34,222 nt of DNA, from IMG/VR virus record IMGVR_UViG_3300023179_000049. One strand, written 5' to 3'. This DNA comes from a virus (taxonomy: Duplodnaviria > Heunggongvirae > Uroviricota > Caudoviricetes). The notes beneath the pieces were generated by a model. The model was not told the DNA's origin. It searched no databases and was given only the letters and a program-made list of their open reading frames with translations. Of this stretch, positions 16,774-25,380 are shown piece by piece. The position numbers were made by a program, and so were the translations under genes. Numbering within the stretch: the stretch's first letter is position 1; each line of letters begins with the position of its first letter.

Positions 16774-18408
16774 TTATAACAACCATGAAATATTTTCATC
16801 TTGCTTTCCAACTTTCATTGTCCATGGATTTTGTTGTGGTGAATGTGATGATCTAGAATATACAGGTGCAGATTTTCCTATTAAGCCTACTGTCTTTCTG
16901 TGAAGATCTAATCCTTGTTGTCGTAATCTTAAAGCAGTATCTCTGACCCAAAGAGCGATAGATAATGACATTACTAAATCATCATTATATCCATATTGTG
17001 CTTCTGGTCTAGAACTATTCCAAATAAAGTTTTGAAGCTCGTTAATTGTTCGTTTACAATGAATAATAGGAGCTTTATCTCTCATATACTCTACTAGTTT
17101 AGATATGATTAATGGTCTATTTTTTACTGTTTGAGAAAATCCTGGAGTCATTTTAGATTTAGTTGCTAAATCATATCCAGATGCCATTTGTTGTTGAATA
17201 TCTACTACTGTTAAATCTGCACTGCTATAAAATAAATTTCCATATCCTCTATCAATAGCCGGTTGTATTGCGGCCCATCCAATATTCGAATTTTCTATTA
17301 CTAATAAAGCATCGTTATATTCAGTTGCAACTGCTACTAATAAATTTCCATAATCTCTAGGATCTAACTTTCCTTTATATGTAGCGCATTGCTCAACGGT
17401 TTCAATATCAATAATATGAAATGAAGAATAGTCAGATGCATCACCACGAGAAACGTCAGCTACAACCATATATGATTTAGTTACGTCAGGATATTTCCAT
17501 ACCCACATATTTCCGTCAAATCCGCGTCTTTCTATAGGATCATATAATAATCCAGATTCTTCCCAATACCATTTTAAAATTGTAGGCTCGATAACTGTAT
17601 TACCAGATGTCGTGAAATCGCAATCACATTCTTGAGCTGCTAATTTTTCTCCTAATTCTGCTGATTGAGCATCTCTCCAGGTTTGATCTCTGTCTGGGTG
17701 TACTGTCCAATGTAATTTAATAGTATGAAAGTTATTATCTCCTTCTTCTGCTCTTTGCCACATTCTGTGGAAAAAGTTACCCATACCATTAGGAGTAGAT
17801 AACATAATACATTTACCACCCGTTGCCATTGTTTGTTGCAAACCACCCCAAAGTTCTTCAATTGTATTAGAATCAATAAACGCAGCCTCATCTATAATAA
17901 GTAATGATACTGCTTCAGAACGACCTGCAGATACTGATGTAGAAGAAGCTTTAACTTGAGACCCGTTAGATAAACGTAATGATAATTTATTATCTTCTGT
18001 TGATTGAGCATTTTGCTTTAACCAACTAGGTAAATTATCATACATTACTCTTACCTTAGTTACTAAGTTTCTAGCTACTTCTTGACGTGTTGCAATAGTT
18101 AAGCAGTTTTTATCTTCATGAAAGACCATTAACCATAATGTATATCCTGCAGATAAAGTAGAAATACCTAACTGACGAGACTTTAAAATAATATTTCTAT
18201 CATTATCTCTAAAATCATATAAGCACTGCTCTTGAAAAGGATAAAGATCAAAAAGCATTTTGCCTTTCATTGGATGTTGAATATAACAATACTTACGCAT
18301 AAAGTACACGGGGTCTTTTGCGCATTTTTTATATTCCTCCCTTATAATATCCTTTACATTTTGTGGAGTTTGAACAACTTTATTTTGATAATCGCTTACA
18401 TCAACCAT
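16774..18408 (-). CDS. terL: Terminase large subunit (T4 gp17-like)
   Basis: KSRQLGIST (Walker A region), LLIIDEAAF (Walker B), LSTPNG, nuclease motifs ADVSRGDASDYS and DDLVMS. Confidence 0.95.
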   Translation of the reverse strand: MVDVSDYQNKVVQTPQNVKDIIREEYKKCAKDPVYFMRKYCYIQHPMKGKMLFDLYPFQEQCLYDFRDNDRNIILKSRQLGISTLSAGYTLWLMVFHEDKNCLTIATRQEVARNLVTKVRVMYDNLPSWLKQNAQSTEDNKLSLRLSNGSQVKASSTSVSAGRSEAVSLLIIDEAAFIDSNTIEELWGGLQQTMATGGKCIMLSTPNGMGNFFHRMWQRAEEGDNNFHTIKLHWTVHPDRDQTWRDAQSAELGEKLAAQECDCDFTTSGNTVIEPTILKWYWEESGLLYDPIERRGFDGNMWVWKYPDVTKSYMVVADVSRGDASDYSSFHIIDIETVEQCATYKGKLDPRDYGNLLVAVATEYNDALLVIENSNIGWAAIQPAIDRGYGNLFYSSADLTVVDIQQQMASGYDLATKSKMTPGFSQTVKNRPLIISKLVEYMRDKAPIIHCKRTINELQNFIWNSSRPEAQYGYNDDLVMSLSIALWVRDTALRLRQQGLDLHRKTVGLIGKSAPVYSRSSHSPQQNPWTMKVGKQDENISWLL

Positions 18409-18409
18409 A

Positions 18410-18784
18410 TTAGAATAATTTAAATAATAACATTGTTAATATTGCACCAGAAGAAAACATTATCGGTGGCTTTTCATACCACTTTGGTTTTACTGTTTCG
18501 TAAATCTTTTTCCAATCTTTTACATTTTCTTCTAAGTTGGTAATTTGAGCCTTTTGGCTAATAATGGTAATACTATCTAACTCTAATGCTGTTTTAAAAT
18601 CTATACATTGAGCTTTATATTCTTCCATTAATTGAGTATGAATAGAATCTTTATGTTCTAATACTCTAATATTATTGTAAATATTTATAATCTTTCTTTT
18701 AGAAAAACATGTATCTGGCATTTGTGCGTTTGCATTTATAGCTAAGCCCATACATAAAATTATAAAAAATATTAATTTTTTCAT
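18410..18784 (-). CDS. Exported/membrane protein (signal peptide, coiled-coil, C-terminal hydrophobic segment); spanin-like candidate
   Basis: MKKLIFFIILCMGLAINANA-Q resembles a signal peptidase I site; C-terminus PPIMFSSGAILTMLLFKLF. Confidence 0.55.
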   Translation of the reverse strand: MKKLIFFIILCMGLAINANAQMPDTCFSKRKIINIYNNIRVLEHKDSIHTQLMEEYKAQCIDFKTALELDSITIISQKAQITNLEENVKDWKKIYETVKPKWYEKPPIMFSSGAILTMLLFKLF

Positions 18785-18786
18785 TG

Positions 18787-19110
18787 TTAATTTAATTGTT
18801 TATTTCCAAATGCTCGTAAAAATATTACTGCATTTGTTAAACTCGTATCGTATGTCGGTATCGAGGTTAATGATTCTTGTAAATTATTAATAGTTGTAGT
18901 TCTATTGTCAATTCTGTTAACTACTTCTACTTTCTTAACTGCAATGCTATCTAATTTTTTTGCAATACTATCGTTTTGAGCTTCTCTCAATTCAATATTA
19001 TGCTGTAATTGAATTACATTCGTGTTTAAGTTTGTTATGTAATACTTAATATAAAAGAAAATTACAATAAAAACAAGTATATAAATAATATTAAGTATTG
19101 ATGATTTCAT
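18787..19110 (-). CDS. Membrane-anchored coiled-coil protein; i-spanin-like candidate
   Basis: N-terminal TM segment ILNIIYILVFIVIFFYI followed by a heptad-like region. Confidence 0.55.
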   Translation of the reverse strand: MKSSILNIIYILVFIVIFFYIKYYITNLNTNVIQLQHNIELREAQNDSIAKKLDSIAVKKVEVVNRIDNRTTTINNLQESLTSIPTYDTSLTNAVIFLRAFGNKQLN

Positions 19111-19699
19111 TTATTGGTTCTCCTAATAATTGAGCCTTTACCTTTTGAAAGTCTCTTTCTAATAATTCTTCTAATTCTTGTTCCTTACCTTTCCAAGGCG
19201 AGTCCCATTTTTCAACAGTACCGTCTGAATTAACAAATTCTGCTTTAGTTAAAAGCTCTTTAATAGCCTCCATTTCTGCACGAGCATCTTTTAACCATGC
19301 TTCAATGTTTTTACGCATTAAATCTTTTTCATATTGTTCATATGTGCCATTAAGTCTATGTTCATGTTCCATATCAATAACACAATCAAAGCACATTTTA
19401 TGAACTTTCCACATTTTCTTGTTATATTGATTATTTTTCATTTCATTATTACATTTAGGACAAGTACTTGGCATCTTTAATGCCTTTATTGCTGCCATAA
19501 CTGCTTCTAATGCTTTTGCTGAACTAACTTTATAACCGTCTTTTTGTTCCCACTGAATTCCGTTATTATCAATCCACTTATCTCCAACATTTCTATCTTC
19601 TTCTTTAGATTGATATCCGACTGTTGTTTTGTTTTGAGACTTATGTGTGCCCGAGAGCATTTGAGTTATGGCTCGAATATTTTGTAACTTTTTTGTCAT
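19091..19699 (-). CDS. Hypothetical protein with two CxxC motifs (possible Zn binding)
   Basis: CPKC and CFDC motifs; ATGA overlap with the GIY-YIG stop. Confidence 0.78.
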   Translation of the reverse strand: MTKKLQNIRAITQMLSGTHKSQNKTTVGYQSKEEDRNVGDKWIDNNGIQWEQKDGYKVSSAKALEAVMAAIKALKMPSTCPKCNNEMKNNQYNKKMWKVHKMCFDCVIDMEHEHRLNGTYEQYEKDLMRKNIEAWLKDARAEMEAIKELLTKAEFVNSDGTVEKWDSPWKGKEQELEELLERDFQKVKAQLLGEPINEIINT

Positions 19700-20499
19700 T
19701 GTTTATATGTTTTATTTTGTATAATTAATCTGATAATATTTGTTGATACATTAAATTTTTCCGAAAATAGTTTTAATATTTTTGATACTTTAATATGTAA
19801 ATTATTATTATAATAATCTCGTATTTCTACTATATCGTTATATTGTAATTTACTATTTGGATTATTAGAACCCATTTTCTTTAAAGACATTACTTGTTTA
19901 GTAGAATCAGAAGCCTTTCTGTTTTTAGCAGAGTCTGACATTTTCTTTCTTGTATTTATATCAGGTTTGAGACCTAAGTGCGACTTTGATATTTTATCTC
20001 TTACATCATTTGGTCTAGGTTTTCCTTTATAATGTTGTATCCTTTTATTAATAGTTTCTTTAGACTGTACTCTGCCGGTACTATTAATACTCATGATTTC
20101 TTTTTTTAATTTTGCAACATCGGCGCCGTAAATCTCTTCATATGTTTTTCCTTTTAAATGTTTACGTGCACTATTATTTTCTCCAGAAAGTTTCTGTCGA
20201 ATTAATTCTTTATTTGGATTATTAGTAAATACATCTCCACCATCTCCGCCAGGTCGAATATTATAATACATTGAATCATCAACAGCATTATAGTATTCAA
20301 TCCAAAATTTTTCTCGTTGTTTTAACTCAGTATGATTATTGCATACTTCTAAAACTTCTTTGATAAAATTTTCTTTGCCATACTTTTTAATTGCAGATTT
20401 TAATAGTAATCCAGAACCTAAATAATTTTCATTATTTTTAGTATCTTTTCCTATATACGATTTACCGTTAATTAAATTTGTAGTTTTATAAATAATCAT
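19696..20499 (-). mobile_element. Free-standing GIY-YIG homing endonuclease (Seg-like) with NUMOD3-like repeats
   Basis: IIYKTTNLINGKSYIG...YLGSG...AIKKYGKENF; repeats such as KISKSHLG and KKMSDSAK; HTH-like C-terminus NPNSKL. Confidence 0.88.
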
Positions 20500-20505
20500 A
20501 TTTAA

Positions 20506-20515
20506 TATAAATATC
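20506..20515 (-). promoter_or_regulatory. Putative promoter motif of the GIY-YIG gene (GATATTTATA)
   Basis: 6 nt upstream of the ATG at 20499. Confidence 0.45.
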
Positions 20516-20540
20516 TACCATTTAATTAATTGTCTTAATA

Positions 20541-20594
20541 TTATTTTTCCAGCATTTGATTAATCGCTCTAATGTTTTGTAATTTCTTTGCCAT
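20541..20594 (-). pseudogene. Truncated duplicate of the 5' end of gene 19091..19699 (MAKKLQNIRAINQMLEK*)
   Basis: 13 of the first 15 residues match MTKKLQNIRAITQML; preceded by an AATAATTATA motif at 20604-20613. Confidence 0.8.
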
Positions 20595-20608
20595 AACCTT
20601 TTATATAA

Positions 20609-22363
20609 TTATTTTCTAAATTGACTTTCCATCCCTTTTATAATAAAAGACCCAGTTATTTTAAATACATCTGGGTATAGTCCTCTTACTACAATACCTT
20701 CTTGATCTTTACTATCTCCTAAATCTGAGGTAATTGATTCTAATACTTCATCTCCTAAAAGCATCGTACCTAAATAAGTAAAATATCCATCGATTGCTGG
20801 TTTGTATTCTTCTGGATTTTGAACTACTTCATTAATATTATTATTTCCAGATAATCTCATTAATATTTCTTTAGATACTGCTCCAACTACTTTATCATCT
20901 ATTAAAGTTACTTTTTGTCCGCTTGGTATTGTTTGAATTTCATTTAACCATTGTTTTAATGATTTAGATTCTTTTTTACCGTTAATGATAATAGTATGTT
21001 TTTGATTTAACACTGAACTTAAGTTTGCTGGCTTAGATGGTCTAGTAGTAAATTCATGCACTACTTCAAACCCAAATTTTTCTGCTGTTGGGTTCATTTT
21101 TGCTACTAAAGATTCTAGTGCTTTTTTATTATATGGAATTTCTTTTGTTTCTCTTCTTTTTGGAGTAGCTTGAAATAATTCTAATAAACCATGAATAGCT
21201 AAAAAGTTTTTAGCATATGATAATACATTAGTACTTCCAGCAACATATTCAACATTAAACATTATATTTGGATTGTCCCACATTCCTAATGCTTTTAATT
21301 CTTGTTGAATATTAGGTAATGAATCATTAAAAATATCTAATACTTTACCGCCTGTTTGAATAAATCCATGTCCTTCTCCAAATCTATCTAATAAATCTGC
21401 TTTGGTAATTCCTTTAACATCTAAAGGTTTCATTGATCCTCTATCTAAAACAAACTGTCTTTGACCATCTAATATAACTAATCTAACTGATGCATTTACT
21501 CCGTCAATTTTTATTGCCGCTGGGTTTGTAGTTAAATATGTAGAGGAATCTTCAAAAACATTAATTAAATCTTTACCAGATTTTACTTGAGGTAAATCAA
21601 ATGGATGTTTCATATGTCCTGCGGCCCCCCCTTCGTTAATAGGAACACAATTAGGAACTTGCTTCTTTCCTTTTTTCTTCATTCCTACTTGTTTATATCC
21701 GTCCCAACAATCTTCTTGAAGTAGTTTATTCAGCCACCAATCTTTACTAAATTTTTCAGTCATTTTATTTTCTAGTTTATCAAATATATAGTTAGCCATT
21801 TTTTCTGAATACCAACCAAATATTTCTTGAAATACTTTTTTCTTTTCTTCCCGAGTTTTTGTTATATCACCTAATGCTCTTCTTATTTCTGTTCCAGACA
21901 TTTCTCCATATCCAGGCACTTTTAAAGAAATATGTGGGGCAGTAATTAAGTATCCATGTTTAGATAATGGTTCTAGATTATTTTCATTTCCTTTATAGTT
22001 TTGAAAGAAACTAGGACTTCCATCTTTCTTAACACCTATTTTAAATCTAGGGTCTTCTCCCATATCTTTTTCTCCAACCATAAATACTACCGAGGTAGTT
22101 TCCGGGTCAAATTGGCCATATAATTCTGCAGGACTGTACGGATTTTTTACTTCAATAATATGAGAAGGGTCGATGCCATAAAGCTCCATAATAGCTTTCT
22201 TTTCGTTAAAACTAAATGGAGATTTCTCTGTGTCTATTTTATTTGATGTTACGATATACGTATTTTCTTTTCCAAATTTCTTTTGAAGCCACATAAATGC
22301 AGCTGCATGATGTTTTCCGAAAGGTTGAAATCTTCCAGGATATATTGCTATTGTTTTATTCAT
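20609..22363 (-). CDS. Cytidyltransferase-superfamily domain fused to an ATP-dependent ligase-like nucleotidyltransferase domain
   Basis: N-terminal IYPGRFQPFGKHH (HIGH-like) and MSGTEIR; C-terminal KIDGVN, FNVEYV, EGIVVR and FKITG resemble ligase motifs I, III, IV and V. Confidence 0.68.
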   Translation of the reverse strand: MNKTIAIYPGRFQPFGKHHAAAFMWLQKKFGKENTYIVTSNKIDTEKSPFSFNEKKAIMELYGIDPSHIIEVKNPYSPAELYGQFDPETTSVVFMVGEKDMGEDPRFKIGVKKDGSPSFFQNYKGNENNLEPLSKHGYLITAPHISLKVPGYGEMSGTEIRRALGDITKTREEKKKVFQEIFGWYSEKMANYIFDKLENKMTEKFSKDWWLNKLLQEDCWDGYKQVGMKKKGKKQVPNCVPINEGGAAGHMKHPFDLPQVKSGKDLINVFEDSSTYLTTNPAAIKIDGVNASVRLVILDGQRQFVLDRGSMKPLDVKGITKADLLDRFGEGHGFIQTGGKVLDIFNDSLPNIQQELKALGMWDNPNIMFNVEYVAGSTNVLSYAKNFLAIHGLLELFQATPKRRETKEIPYNKKALESLVAKMNPTAEKFGFEVVHEFTTRPSKPANLSSVLNQKHTIIINGKKESKSLKQWLNEIQTIPSGQKVTLIDDKVVGAVSKEILMRLSGNNNINEVVQNPEEYKPAIDGYFTYLGTMLLGDEVLESITSDLGDSKDQEGIVVRGLYPDVFKITGSFIIKGMESQFRK

Positions 22364-22367
22364 ATAT

Positions 22368-22377
22368 TATAAATATC
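22368..22377 (-). promoter_or_regulatory. Putative promoter motif (GATATTTATA)
   Basis: 4 nt upstream of the 22363 start. Confidence 0.4.
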
Positions 22378-22387
22378 ATTATTCTTG

Positions 22388-25351
22388 TTAGATTGGATTT
22401 TCTGGTTCTCCTCCTATTCCTATATTACCTTGTAAGTAGTTATTAAAATATCCACCGACACCACTGCCGACGCTACCTATACTAGCAGAAACTGCTATTA
22501 AAGATGGAAATACACTTACTACATAATCTGATGTATCTGAATTAACTACTCTAAGTTGACAATATCCGCCTGAAACAATTCCGGAAAATGTTAATGCATT
22601 AATTGCATCTCCTACTTTACTACCTGTAGTAACTAACATTCCCGTCGACCCGGTAGTACTTGCAACAAGAACATTAACTATTCCAAATCTAATATCATCT
22701 TTTATTACGTGTATATCTAAAGAACCGCCTAAATACATAGACTGAGTATATTGAAATAATACACTTGTTCTACTACCACTAAATGCTGTTTGAGGGTCTA
22801 ATCTAGAAACAAACGCAGTATTAGTTTCTATAGAACCAGAAACATCTTGTGTACCTATAAATACATTACTGCCTGTAGATGCGAATGAACCTGTTGCATT
22901 ATTAATACTACTTGTAAAATTATTAAATGATGATGTAGTTACAAATGATCCTGTTTTATTATTAATGGAACTGGTAAAGTTATTAAATGATGAAGTAGTT
23001 GTAAAAGAACTTGATATTGCATTAAATGCATCAACAGTTTGAATTTTAGTCCAAGTAGGATAAACACTTGCAGTTAAATTATAAGTAAACCATATATTAC
23101 TTTCTTCTGATAGTGTAGCAAAATATCCACCATCTATATCTCTTCTGCCTATAACATTATAAGCTAAATAACCACTAGATTCAGCTGGTATTCCTGTAGA
23201 ACCGGCTTTAACTACAAATTCTTGATAACCAGAAGGTTTTGAATAATCTCCAGGAGATGTAAAAGCTTTACCCCCCGGATACCCACCAGTTGTTCCTAAA
23301 TTAGTATCTCTAATAGAACCAGTAAATATATTAATGCTACTAATAGAACTATTAATACTAGATGTATAAGAATTGAATGATGAAGTAGTTACAAATGAAC
23401 CAGTATCAATAGTCGTACCTCCCGTTGCGCCAGATACGCTCCCACTTATTTGTATTTGACCTCCTACTGTAGCTTTTATAAAATGATTAAATGGTGCACC
23501 TGTTTCAAAATAAAATCCAGAGCCTGGTTGGCTACTTCCACTTATTGTTTGACTTCCAGACCACATTACCCATCCAGTACTATTATTATAAGTCGTAACT
23601 TGATTATTTTGCCCGTCTAAATGAATACCTTGCTGTAATGAATTTCCTAAACGTATACATCCAGGTATTAAATTATCACAGCCACTTATAAATTGATTAC
23701 TTCCAGATACTTGTATATTTGAAGCTCCTGCATTATCAAATTCATAACTATTGATTTGATTGTTATCATCAATAAAATCTACTTTAAAATCATATACATC
23801 GTTACGATTTTTTACGTTAATTGGAAAATATGAATTAAAGTTTGAAGGATTAAATCCTTGATCAACTCCGGATTTTAAAGAAATATCGCTTATATAAAAA
23901 CTGCCCGTTATTATTTTAAACTGCAATCTTCCGGTACCTGTTTGCGGAGCTAAAAAATCAATAGGAAAGTTTAAATATGAAGGGCCAAAGTTTGAAGAAT
24001 CTAAATAAAATACTCTTTGACCGTTACCTTCTTTATTTATAAAGGCAGACCCAGACATATATACTTCTAATATAAAGTTTGTATCTCTTACATAATTAAA
24101 ATACAATCTATATGAAGATTCTTTTTGGAAATTAATATCTACATTACTTGTAAATAACACATTATTTAATGTAGTATCTACTTGTGGATTTAAGTATAAT
24201 GAATTAAATAAACTAGATGTATTAAATGAAGCAGATAAGTATGTATTATTATAGTTCCAAAAACTTTGAAATGAAGATGTATTTAAAAAATATCCTACAT
24301 TACTTCTATCAAATTGTGTATATGAAGCACTATTAATTAATAATTCATTATCTACTGTCTGAGATTCTCCTAATAATTCATATTGGTCTAAACTACCTTG
24401 GCTCTTTCCGTATAATTTTATATATTTTAAGTAACCTGATGCCGGGTCTAAATTAGATATCTTTAAATTTATAAATGATTTAAAGTTATTTATAGGAGTA
24501 TAATTTGGCGTTGGATTATATGTTAATGTATAATTTACATTTGCATTATTAACTAATCCATATGAAGGAGATGAACCTTGACCAAGTATAGATGCTGTCC
24601 ATGGAATATTTAAAATAGCTATTTGTGAATTATAAATATTAGATATTCTAGAATTAAATATATTAAAACTAGATGTTGTATATCCACTAAAATCAGGTAA
24701 AATTGATGACCCAGTTAATATTAATGTTCCATTAAGCATATCATTTATAAATGATTTGCCAGCAGGTAATTCTAATAATGGATAAGATTGTTGATAACGA
24801 TAAGTCCCGCTACCCGATACTGTTATTGTATCTAATGGACTTAAACTTCTGCTAACATAAGCTGTTCTTGCTTCTGATATTGAAATAGAAGGGTCTTGAG
24901 AAAATAATAATCTGCTTGTATTTTTTTGGAATCGATTAAAATCTACTATGGTAGTATAACGAACATTATATTTGTCTTTAAACTCTTCTGGTACTTCTTC
25001 TCCATTTAATCCTGCTTTTGCATAACCTACAAAAGTAATTGTTAATGGACCATTAGAAATATCATCATAAAGAAATACAGTTAATACTCTAATATTTTCT
25101 TCATCTCTTTGAAAATATTCCGGAGCTTCGTGATATACAGTATTTCCATATGAATCAATAATCTCAACATCTACGTTATTGTAAATGTCAAGATTATTTT
25201 CGTTTAAATTAAATCTAATTGAGTTTTTACCAGGCCCAAATACTTTAGGTATATCTACAATATTAAAATAGTAAGGAGAATTTTGTAAAGTATCTTCAAT
25301 ATATACTGGAAGCTGGTCTAAACCTCTATAAAACAGTTCTTTTCTGTACAT
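22388..25351 (-). CDS. Large virion structural protein (baseplate/fibre-like)
   Basis: 987 aa, S/T/N-rich; the C-terminal third carries TGSF(V/A)TTSSFN repeats shared with the fibre genes. Confidence 0.6.
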   Translation of the reverse strand: MYRKELFYRGLDQLPVYIEDTLQNSPYYFNIVDIPKVFGPGKNSIRFNLNENNLDIYNNVDVEIIDSYGNTVYHEAPEYFQRDEENIRVLTVFLYDDISNGPLTITFVGYAKAGLNGEEVPEEFKDKYNVRYTTIVDFNRFQKNTSRLLFSQDPSISISEARTAYVSRSLSPLDTITVSGSGTYRYQQSYPLLELPAGKSFINDMLNGTLILTGSSILPDFSGYTTSSFNIFNSRISNIYNSQIAILNIPWTASILGQGSSPSYGLVNNANVNYTLTYNPTPNYTPINNFKSFINLKISNLDPASGYLKYIKLYGKSQGSLDQYELLGESQTVDNELLINSASYTQFDRSNVGYFLNTSSFQSFWNYNNTYLSASFNTSSLFNSLYLNPQVDTTLNNVLFTSNVDINFQKESSYRLYFNYVRDTNFILEVYMSGSAFINKEGNGQRVFYLDSSNFGPSYLNFPIDFLAPQTGTGRLQFKIITGSFYISDISLKSGVDQGFNPSNFNSYFPINVKNRNDVYDFKVDFIDDNNQINSYEFDNAGASNIQVSGSNQFISGCDNLIPGCIRLGNSLQQGIHLDGQNNQVTTYNNSTGWVMWSGSQTISGSSQPGSGFYFETGAPFNHFIKATVGGQIQISGSVSGATGGTTIDTGSFVTTSSFNSYTSSINSSISSINIFTGSIRDTNLGTTGGYPGGKAFTSPGDYSKPSGYQEFVVKAGSTGIPAESSGYLAYNVIGRRDIDGGYFATLSEESNIWFTYNLTASVYPTWTKIQTVDAFNAISSSFTTTSSFNNFTSSINNKTGSFVTTSSFNNFTSSINNATGSFASTGSNVFIGTQDVSGSIETNTAFVSRLDPQTAFSGSRTSVLFQYTQSMYLGGSLDIHVIKDDIRFGIVNVLVASTTGSTGMLVTTGSKVGDAINALTFSGIVSGGYCQLRVVNSDTSDYVVSVFPSLIAVSASIGSVGSGVGGYFNNYLQGNIGIGGEPENPI

Positions 25352-25370
25352 TATATGATATTTTTATACA

Positions 25371-25380
25371 TATAATTATG
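25371..25380 (-). promoter_or_regulatory. Putative promoter motif (CATAATTATA)
   Basis: 19 nt upstream of the 25351 start, at the replication-to-structural boundary. Confidence 0.5.

Noticed and set aside
7019-17891. Short ORFs 7019..7213, 11284..11583 and 17652..17891
   Set aside because: They are nested wholly within phoH, the Pro-rich gene and terL in other frames, with no independent evidence.
19696-20594. GIY-YIG gene as part of a group I intron
   Set aside because: Only about 40 nt of non-coding sequence flank it, too little for a ribozyme core, and the downstream gene has its own complete start.
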